From an uncultured Deinococcales bacterium (lineage in GTDB: Bacteria; Deinococcota; Deinococci; Deinococcales; JAAFIG01), in assembly GCA_964244895.1 (NCBI GenBank), contig CAXTKV010000127.1, positions 1-15,441 on the forward strand: a stretch of 15,441 bases of DNA, read 5' to 3'. This document shows positions 1 through 6,104 of the stretch, one piece after another. Positions within the stretch are counted from its first letter, which is position 1. Every line of letters begins with the position of its first letter. The notes beneath the pieces are model-generated. The model worked only from the letters and a program-made list of their open reading frames with translations. It was not told the DNA's origin and did no database searches. The position numbers and the translations under genes were made by a program.

Positions 1-2
1 CC

Positions 3-332
3 CGGCGCACCATCGGGCGGTTGTACCCGGACGGTAGGCCGGAAATCATCGATCTGCCCAGGGTTCAGACCACGCGCGACGAGGCCGAGCAGGCCGCGCG
101 AATCGCGAAAGCCAGAGGCTGGAAGCGCGTGCTGATCGTGACCAGTCCCACGCACACGCGCCGCGCCCGCGCGACCTTCCGCGAGGTGGGCATCAGCGCC
201 ATCATGGTGGCCTCGAGCGAACCGCGTTACGACACGGCGTTGCGGTTGCCGTCCGACCGATGGTTCTCGCTCGAAGCGATTGCGCGAGAACTGGCTGGCT
301 TGGTCAAGTACGGCGCGAACGGTTGGTTGTAA
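3..332 (+). CDS. YdcF/DUF218 family protein, C-terminal part (5' truncated by window edge)
   Basis: Frame is open from position 3 to TAA 330-332. Motifs TTRDEA and 'VLIVTSPTHTRRA' match the DUF218 NTxENA / VTSxxHxxRA pattern; C-terminal 'RELAGLVKY'. Confidence 0.85.
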   Translation, partial: RRTIGRLYPDGRPEIIDLPRVQTTRDEAEQAARIAKARGWKRVLIVTSPTHTRRARATFREVGISAIMVASSEPRYDTALRLPSDRWFSLEAIARELAGLVKYGANGWL

Positions 333-456
333 AACACCGTTCTTGCTCACGGAAAAGCACCTACCGGGCTGTTCGCGCTTCTTGCTCACGGAAAAGCACC
401 TACCGGGCTGTTCGCGCTCCAGCACGCAGTTTTAAATACACGTGCTGGACGGTGTT
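333..456. repeat. ACCGTC-family palindromic intergenic element, left arm interrupted by the 39-bp tandem
   Basis: AACACCGT (333-340) + CCAGCACG (419-426) is the exact reverse complement of CGTGCTGGACGGTGTT (441-456). Its arms match the intact copy at 8422-8476. Confidence 0.88.
340..418. repeat. Exact tandem duplication of a 39-bp unit (TCTTGCTCACGGAAAAGCACCTACCGGGCTGTTCGCGCT x2)
   Basis: 341-379 and 380-418 are identical, with no spacer; the boundary has a 1-nt ambiguity (T340/T418). Confidence 0.97.
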
Positions 457-574
457 CTTGAGATCAGGCTCGCATCTTCGCCCTCGAGTAAACCGGCCCT
501 CGAAATCGGGCTCGAGTCTCGAGCAGCCGTGGCAATAGACCTCCTGCGAAAGGGGTCGCACACGACTTGAGGGC

Positions 575-639
575 AGGGTAACCACAAGGGTTACCCCTAC
601 AAAAGCCCGTTCTGTAGGGACAACCTTGATGGTTGCCCT
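575..639. repeat. Inverted pair of GTAG-type REP sequences (REPIN-like)
   Basis: Minus-strand TGTAGGGGTAACCCTTGTGGTTACCCT (575-601) and plus-strand TGTAGGGACAACCTTGATGGTTGCCCT (613-639) are 21/27 identical. Each is GTAG plus a hairpin, with a compensatory T-A/C-G change; 11-nt spacer. Confidence 0.8.
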
Positions 640-705
640 CGCGTCAACGTGTTCTGGGGACTGACTTTCGCAAGAGGTTCAATATCGTTCCTGAGGACGC
701 GCAAC

Positions 706-738
706 AAAAAGAACCCCCTCGGTATCGGAGGGGGTTCT
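706..738 (-). terminator. Intrinsic terminator of the DUF4384 gene
   Basis: Stem AGAACCCCCTC (710-720) / GAGGGGGTTCT (728-738) is followed on the minus strand by a U-run (A706-710), 15 nt after the stop at 754. Confidence 0.85.
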
Positions 739-753
739 CGAGAAGAAAAAAGC

Positions 754-1644
754 TTATCGGTTGAACTTGATGGTCAGCACGTAGCTCTGCCCGTTGAGCC
801 TGATCTCGATGTCACCGCGATTGGAAGCGTTGCGGAACTGGAACACGACGCGGTTGCGCTGAGGGCGGTACTGGTAGATGTTGTAGCCGCGCGCCGTGAT
901 CTCGTTGCGGTAGTAACCAGCGATCGTGTTCAGATCGGTGGTGGCCGTGAATCCGATGGTCGCGTTGTAATCGTCGCCGTTGTTGTACTGCACGGTTGCG
1001 CCGGGGTACGCGACCAGCTCGAGGGGCTTGAAGATGTACGCGTCACCGTTCGGCGGACGCACCGAACCCAGACCGCCCTGCACCTGGAAGTAAGCCACGG
1101 CGGTCTCCCAATCGGAAGCCGGGACGGGCTGCACCACGATGGACAACGCGCGCGCCAGGTTGTCCTGACCCGTCACCTGCACGTCCGCGAACTGGTTGCT
1201 GCCCTGGAAGCTGGCGATTTCGTTGATGTTCAACTGGCGCTTCGAGGCCACGGCCAACACCTTGTCCTGACCTGTCGGGCCGTCCACGTTGAGCTGGTAG
1301 GCCGCACCAGACGGCGGGAAGGTGCGGGTTTCGTTGGCGCGCAAGTACGCGTTGCCACCGGAGAGCTTGTTCGGCAGGATCAAGTCCACCTTGCCGTCCG
1401 CGTGAACGCTGAACAGGTACACGTACGCGTCCTGGTTGACGTTGACGCTGACGCGGATCGGATCGCCGATGTTATAGACGGGGTTGCTGCCGCCGCGATC
1501 CGTGTAAACCCGCACGGAGAGCGCGTTGTCCACCGGGTTGACGATGATGCTCTGCGGGCTGATCTGCGGTTGCGCCTGGCCGACGCTGAAGAGTGCCAGG
1601 CTCGAGAGGCTGAGTCCGATGGCTGCGATGTTGGTTCTGTTCAT
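754..1644 (-). CDS. Secreted DUF4384-domain protein (cell-envelope/S-layer-associated type), 296 aa
   Basis: ATG 1644 has AGGAGG upstream (1651-1656). Signal peptide MNRTNIAAIGLSLSSLALFSVGQA. DUF4384-like 'YNIGDPIRVSVNVNQDAYVYLFSVHADGKVDLILPN...GPTGQDKVLAVAS', plus a small C-terminal domain. Confidence 0.85.
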   Translation of the reverse strand: MNRTNIAAIGLSLSSLALFSVGQAQPQISPQSIIVNPVDNALSVRVYTDRGGSNPVYNIGDPIRVSVNVNQDAYVYLFSVHADGKVDLILPNKLSGGNAYLRANETRTFPPSGAAYQLNVDGPTGQDKVLAVASKRQLNINEIASFQGSNQFADVQVTGQDNLARALSIVVQPVPASDWETAVAYFQVQGGLGSVRPPNGDAYIFKPLELVAYPGATVQYNNGDDYNATIGFTATTDLNTIAGYYRNEITARGYNIYQYRPQRNRVVFQFRNASNRGDIEIRLNGQSYVLTIKFNR

Positions 1645-1879
1645 GGTGTTCCTCCTGTGAGTAGAACTTCCGAGATGCATCCTGCGCCCCGGATTGTTGC
1701 GCACCGTGAGGAAAGCCTTGAGAATCTTAAAAAATGGACGAATCCTCAAGACCTAACTCACAATTCGCATCTCCGGCGCCACGGGTCACACAAGCGAGCA
1801 CCGTTCCACACGCATTTTTGATCTTCTCGGGTAGATCAAGAATGATATCTTCGGGATCGATTGTCCCGAAGGACGCACG

Positions 1880-1885
1880 TAGAAT
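1880..1885 (+). promoter_or_regulatory. -10 box (TAGAAT) of probable leaderless transcript
   Basis: TANNNT hexamer 7 nt before in-frame GTG 1893; no Shine-Dalgarno. Confidence 0.6.
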
Positions 1886-1892
1886 GGCCTTC

Positions 1893-2240
1893 GTGAAGCC
1901 CGTCTCGGCCCTCTTGTTGATGTTCGCGCTGGTCGGCATCGGACTGGTGGCGTGCAAACCCGCGAACGACAGCCTGAGCCGCGCCACGGCCCTACACCCA
2001 GAAGGCCGCGAGGTGTTCGAGCGTTACAACTGCATCCGTTGCCACAACGCCGGCGAGGGCGGTTACGGCCCCAAACTGATCGGTGACGTGAACTTGCGCG
2101 ACCTGAATTACATCAAAATGCGCATCCTGACGGGCAGACGCATCGGTGGCGCTCAGATGCCAGGATTCCCCGACATGCCCAAAGATGAACTCGAGAACGT
2201 GGCGGGTTTCGTGCGAGCGTTGGCGGGTTGGGAACAGTAA
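1893..2240 (+). CDS. Monoheme c-type cytochrome, probable lipoprotein (about 115 aa)
   Basis: Lipobox LVAC, heme motif CIRCH, GPKL, distal Met in 'QMPGF'. Start is GTG 1893 (alternative ATG 1884). Confidence 0.88.
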   Translation: MKPVSALLLMFALVGIGLVACKPANDSLSRATALHPEGREVFERYNCIRCHNAGEGGYGPKLIGDVNLRDLNYIKMRILTGRRIGGAQMPGFPDMPKDELENVAGFVRALAGWEQ

Positions 2241-2269
2241 TTTAACCTGCACCAAACGGTCTTCTCGAT

Positions 2270-2275
2270 TAATCT
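2270..2275 (+). promoter_or_regulatory. -10 box (TAATCT) of probable leaderless transcript
   Basis: TANNNT 7 nt before ATG 2283; no obvious SD. Confidence 0.5.
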
Positions 2276-2282
2276 CGAGAGC

Positions 2283-2882
2283 ATGACCTGGTCTGTTCTG
2301 GCTCCGATGATTGGCAAGTTGGTTCCATACTGGATTGGATTTTTTTTCCTCCTCGTCGCAGTTGTCGTACTGAGGTTATTTCTCGAGTCGCGCCTGAAAA
2401 AATTCTTCAGATCGCAGGAGAAAAAGCTTGAAAAGAATTCTCCCGAGACGTTTCGATTCGCGCTCGAATCCAAGACATTCTTCACGAAATCGGAAAGTGT
2501 CTTTTATAAGCAATTGCTAGGCGCACTCCACGGACAACCTTTTGCCATCTTTCCCAAAGTTAGGCTTTCTGATCTATTCCACATCGCGAGTAACGAGAAC
2601 AGTCTCAAGGCGCGCAATAAACTTTCACAAAAGCACGTTGACTATGTGATCGTTGTCCTACCTGCGTGTCAGCCAGTTCTCGCAATTGAACTCGATGGCC
2701 CGTCGCACGATTCACCCAAGCAACGCACAAGAGACGCTGATAAAGACGCAGCATTTGAATCTGCTGGAATGGCCTTGCTTCGCGTCAGGACGGACGAAAA
2801 ACCGAATCTCGAGGGTTTACGTGCAGTGCTGTCCACGCACCTCATGCTCGAGCGTCAACCAGCGCCGAAAGTCAACCGATGA
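2283..2882 (+). CDS. DUF2726-domain protein with N-terminal transmembrane anchor
   Basis: Motifs 'IFPKVRLSDL', 'KHVDYVI', 'LAIELDGPSH', 'RDADKDAAFESAGMALLR' fit DUF2726 (nuclease-like fold). Hydrophobic N-terminal helix. Sampled lines are about 40-48% GC. Confidence 0.85.
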   Translation: MTWSVLAPMIGKLVPYWIGFFFLLVAVVVLRLFLESRLKKFFRSQEKKLEKNSPETFRFALESKTFFTKSESVFYKQLLGALHGQPFAIFPKVRLSDLFHIASNENSLKARNKLSQKHVDYVIVVLPACQPVLAIELDGPSHDSPKQRTRDADKDAAFESAGMALLRVRTDEKPNLEGLRAVLSTHLMLERQPAPKVNR

Positions 2883-3772
2883 GCGTTCGACCGGACGTGC
2901 ATTCCGGCGAGGGTCTCGAGGCGTACATCGCGGGCATGGCCCGGTCGAAGGGTGACAAGGCCAGAATCCTGGAGCACGTCAGACCGGGCGCGATCCTGGA
3001 ATTGGGTTGCGGTTCGGGTGCGGTGCTGGAATTGCTGCACGAGTGGACGCCGGATTCCAGGCTGGTCGGCGTGGATCTTTCGGCCAAGCTGCTGGGGGTG
3101 GCGTCGCGCAGCTTGCGCGGTGGCGCGACGTTGTACAGGCGCGACATCTTCGAGCATTTGTACCCCGATCCGGCCAGCCTGGGCGAGGGCGCGTTCGACA
3201 CGGTGATTTTGTGCTCGGCGCTGCACGAACTGGCGACCTTCGCGCTGGAACGACCGGACGCGTTCGCGGAACCGGGCATGAGTCCGATGGCGGTCGCGGC
3301 CAAACGGGTCTTCACGCTGGCGCGAGCGATCCTGAAACCCGGCGGTGCGTTGATCGTGCGCGACGGCGTGCAACCGAAAGTGCGGGATGTACGCCTTCGG
3401 TTTCGGAACCCGGACGTAGAGGAACGATTCTGGCGTTTCGCGGACGATTTCCGCCCGTTCAAGCTGGAATTTTCCGTCACGGACGGCGTGTACGCCTTGA
3501 CCAGCGCGCACCTTTACGAGTTCGCCACCAAGTATTTTTACGAGACCAACTGGGATGTCGAAGTCGGGGAATACTTCGGTTGGGCCAGCAGCGCGCACCT
3601 GCGCGATTTGATGCGCGCCACGGGTTTCGAGCCGCAGGAGGCGCAGGTTTACACGATTCCGTTCCTGGCCGAGAAGTGGTCTCGGGATCTGGATTTGACG
3701 GACGCCATCGGGCAGCCTTACCTGTTGCCGTCCACGCAAATCATCGTGGGGCGCGTGCCGGAGCATCTTTAA
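2879..3772 (+). CDS. Class I SAM-dependent methyltransferase, substrate unknown
   Basis: Motif I 'ILELGCGSG', 'VGVDLS', 'FDTVILCSALHE', 'LKPGGALIVRDG'. ATGA overlap with the DUF2726 stop. Confidence 0.88.
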   Translation: MSVRPDVHSGEGLEAYIAGMARSKGDKARILEHVRPGAILELGCGSGAVLELLHEWTPDSRLVGVDLSAKLLGVASRSLRGGATLYRRDIFEHLYPDPASLGEGAFDTVILCSALHELATFALERPDAFAEPGMSPMAVAAKRVFTLARAILKPGGALIVRDGVQPKVRDVRLRFRNPDVEERFWRFADDFRPFKLEFSVTDGVYALTSAHLYEFATKYFYETNWDVEVGEYFGWASSAHLRDLMRATGFEPQEAQVYTIPFLAEKWSRDLDLTDAIGQPYLLPSTQIIVGRVPEHL

Positions 3773-3803
3773 CGTTTCGAAATAGCCTCGCCTGAGTGAC
3801 ACC

Positions 3804-3866
3804 GAGGCCGTCCAGGACGATAAAAACCGAGTTTTTAGCGGCCTTTTCGCGTCCTGAACGGTCTTC
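3804..3866. repeat. ACCGTC-family palindromic element between convergent genes
   Basis: GAGGCCGTCCAGGACG (3804-3819) and CGTCCTGAACGGTCTTC (3850-3866) form imperfect inverted arms. Confidence 0.7.
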
Positions 3867-3912
3867 GCGTCGCTCACGAATTCGTTTTTCTCGAGAATGG
3901 CGGCTCCGACGC

Positions 3913-4632
3913 TTATTTCTGGCAGTCGAGCTTGACGCGCAAACTCGGGTTGGGCACGCTGAAGGCCACACCTTTGGCGCGCGTGGAATCGCCGATGCCT
4001 TTTGGGTCAATCTCCAGCAGGAATTTGGTCGGGGTTTTGACCTGATCTTCGGTCGCGGTGGACGGGTAATAGAACTTCAGTTGCCACGTCACCGTGCCAC
4101 CGGGCGGCAAAGATGCGAACGTGACTTTCTGAACGTCCATCCCGTCCACGCTGATGGTGGTGGCGTCCGCGAACGCGAGTTGCAGGCCCTGACCGGTGCC
4201 GTCCCAACCGGCGTCCGTCGGCGTGATCGTGGCCTTCGAACCGTTCTTGACTTCCACCGTCAGACCCCAGCCGGGGGTCGTGCCGTCTTTTTTGATCGCC
4301 TCGAGTTTGAGGACTTTGACGCGCCAGACGCCGTTGAAGAGTTGTTCGTTGATGCAGCCTTCCAGGGATGCGCGGGCGTTCGCGCCTCCGGCTGCGGCGG
4401 GATTGGCGGCGGTCGCACCGGGCAGGGTCACGGCCAGCCCTGCGGCGCTCTGGCTCGAGCGCGCGCCAGATTTCAGGAGCGCCTCCAGCGGAATGTACGT
4501 CTTGCCGTTCAGCACGACGGCTGGGCTGACGGACGCAGTGCCGTTGATGGTCAGTTTCAGGCTTTGCTGGGCCGCCCACGCGACCCCGATGGCGCCCACT
4601 GCGAACAGCCCAGCGATCAGAACTTTGTTCAT
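3913..4632 (-). CDS. Secreted hypothetical protein (239 aa); N-terminal segment resembles the copper-amine-oxidase N-terminal/stalk domain; beta-rich C-terminal domain
   Basis: ATG 4632 with GGAGG (4637-4641). Signal peptide ends AWA. 'LTING...VVLNGKTYIPLEAL' motif, Ala-rich linker, and two Cys (EGC, LDC) that may form a disulfide. Confidence 0.78.
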   Translation of the reverse strand: MNKVLIAGLFAVGAIGVAWAAQQSLKLTINGTASVSPAVVLNGKTYIPLEALLKSGARSSQSAAGLAVTLPGATAANPAAAGGANARASLEGCINEQLFNGVWRVKVLKLEAIKKDGTTPGWGLTVEVKNGSKATITPTDAGWDGTGQGLQLAFADATTISVDGMDVQKVTFASLPPGGTVTWQLKFYYPSTATEDQVKTPTKFLLEIDPKGIGDSTRAKGVAFSVPNPSLRVKLDCQK

Positions 4633-4822
4633 CGTGCCTCCCGTGAATCGTTTTGAACAATCTATCTCGAGTCTCAAATAAAACCGTTTTGATCGGGTTT
4701 GAAAGCCGTTCAGGGCAGCTTATAGCCCTGATCTCAGCGATGCTCACCCGTCCCGAATCGCGACCCGTGGCGCTCCTCGCATCATTGGCAAGATCGCACC
4801 TTTGGGCGAACCAGAACCTGCC

Positions 4823-4878
4823 AGACCGTCCAGGACGGTCTTTTGGGCGCAGAGAAAGCGCCGTCCCAGACGGTCTTC
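4823..4878. repeat. ACCGTC-family element (two self-palindromic units)
   Basis: AGACCGTCC-A-GGACGGTCT (4823-4841) and CCGTC-CCA-GACGGTCTTC (4861-4878). Confidence 0.75.
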
Positions 4879-4893
4879 CGGTCGCCGGGAGCG

Positions 4894-4899
4894 TAGTAT
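4894..4899 (+). promoter_or_regulatory. -10 box (TAGTAT) of probable leaderless transcript
   Basis: TANNNT 6 nt before GTG 4906. Confidence 0.6.
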
Positions 4900-4905
4900 G
4901 GCCGG

Positions 4906-5328
4906 GTGAACGATGCCTCGAACCTGCCCCCTCAGTTGCAACCCGACCCGCCCGGCGTGGCCCGAATGCTCGAGATCATCTTTCCGGGACAGACCAACAG
5001 CCTGGGCACGGCCTTCGGCGGGCACATCCTGAGCCTGATGGACAAGGCGGCGGCTTTCGCGGCGGGGCGTTACTGCAAGGGGCCGGTCGTGACCGCCAGC
5101 ATCGAGCGCGTGGATTTTCGCGTGCCGATCAAAAACGGTGACGCCCTCGAGATCGTGGCGCACGTCGAATCCGTCGGGCGCAGTTCGATGCGAGTCTGCG
5201 TCAACGTCTACCGCGAGGCTCAGCACACGCGCGAGCACACGCTCGCCACGACCGGGCAGGTCACGATGATCGCCATCGGTGCGGACGGAAGACCGCGCAG
5301 CGTCGAAAAACTGGGTGGTCTCGCGTGA
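4906..5328 (+). CDS. Acyl-CoA thioesterase (YciA-like hotdog fold)
   Basis: 'IIFPGQTNSLGTAFGGHILSLMDKAA', 'VVTASIERVDF', 'VGRSSM', 'GRPRSV'. Confidence 0.92.
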   Translation: MNDASNLPPQLQPDPPGVARMLEIIFPGQTNSLGTAFGGHILSLMDKAAAFAAGRYCKGPVVTASIERVDFRVPIKNGDALEIVAHVESVGRSSMRVCVNVYREAQHTREHTLATTGQVTMIAIGADGRPRSVEKLGGLA

Positions 5329-5996
5329 GCGAAAAAGCTGGCCTTCACGCCCCGTTGCACGACCGCGCGAGCCCGAGTGCGCACGGCGCGCCGGGGCCGT
5401 TGCGGATCTGGCTGGTGCGCCACGGCGTGACCGACTGGAACCTGGCGGGGCGCTGGCAGGGGCATTCCGACGTGCCGCTCGGTGAGCGCGGGCGGGCGGA
5501 TGCGGCCAGAATTCAACCCCGGCTGTCGGGTAAAACCTTCGATCTGGTCGTCAGTTCCGATCTGGCGCGCGCCCACCAGACCGCGCAACTGGCGGGCTTC
5601 GCGCCGAGCCTGGAAGCCCGCTTGCGCGAGGTCAACTTCGGGCGTTTTGAAGGTCAGCAATCGCAGGCCATCCGCGACGACCCGGCGTACCTGTCGTGGC
5701 TCGAGAACCCGACGGAATCGCGCTGGCCGGACGGCGAATCCTACGGCGACGTGCGCGCGCGGGTCGCGGCCTGGATCGAGGAATTGCCTCTGGAAGCCGA
5801 CGTGCTGGCCTTCACGCACGGCGGCGTGATCTCGATGCTGGCCTCGAGCCTGCTCGAATCCACGCCGTTCGCCGCGCCCAGGTTGTGGCGCTTCCGGGCG
5901 CAGCATTCGAGCATCACCGTGCTGGAGCGCTGGCAGACGCCGCACGGGATGGCCTGGACGCTGGAACGCTGGAACGACACGGCCCACCTCGAGTAA
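5325..5996 (+). CDS. Histidine phosphatase family protein (PGAM/CobC-like)
   Basis: 'WLVRHGVTDWN', 'SSDLARA', 'LREVNFGRFEG', 'GES', 'FTHGG'. GTGA overlap with the thioesterase stop. Confidence 0.92.
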   Translation: MSEKAGLHAPLHDRASPSAHGAPGPLRIWLVRHGVTDWNLAGRWQGHSDVPLGERGRADAARIQPRLSGKTFDLVVSSDLARAHQTAQLAGFAPSLEARLREVNFGRFEGQQSQAIRDDPAYLSWLENPTESRWPDGESYGDVRARVAAWIEELPLEADVLAFTHGGVISMLASSLLESTPFAAPRLWRFRAQHSSITVLERWQTPHGMAWTLERWNDTAHLE

Positions 5997-6041
5997 ACAC
6001 CGTCTGGGACGCAGGTATTGAATTGCGTCCCAGACGGTGTT
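5996..6041. repeat. ACCGTC-family element, perfect 18-bp inverted repeat
   Basis: AACACCGTCTGGGACGCA (5996-6013), 10-nt loop, TGCGTCCCAGACGGTGTT (6024-6041). Starts within the TAA stop. Confidence 0.9.
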
Positions 6042-6092
6042 CGTCAACCACCGATTCCCGAACCGCTCACGCTCGGGCTTTCCCTGCGGGCG

Positions 6093-6098
6093 TATCCT
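6093..6098 (+). promoter_or_regulatory. -10 box (TATCCT) of probable leaderless transcript
   Basis: TANNNT 6 nt before in-frame GTG 6105. Confidence 0.6.
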
Positions 6099-6104
6099 GC
6101 GGCG

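Noticed and set aside
340..418. 39-bp repeat as a CRISPR array
   Set aside because: Only two units, directly abutting with no spacer; no cas genes in the window.
260..585. Small ORFs (92 aa +, 61 aa -) across the repeat-rich spacer
   Set aside because: They translate repeat DNA (the 39-bp unit gives a 13-aa repeat); no RBS or family signal.
649..1821. 390-aa plus-strand ORF
   Set aside because: Antisense shadow of the DUF4384 gene; no motifs.
2879..3772. This methyltransferase as the CTCGAG DNA methylase
   Set aside because: It lacks the (D/N)PPY or PC catalytic motifs of DNA methyltransferases.
6018..6104. TTG start of the helicase at 6018
   Set aside because: It lies in the loop of the palindromic element; the -10-linked GTG at 6105 is better supported.
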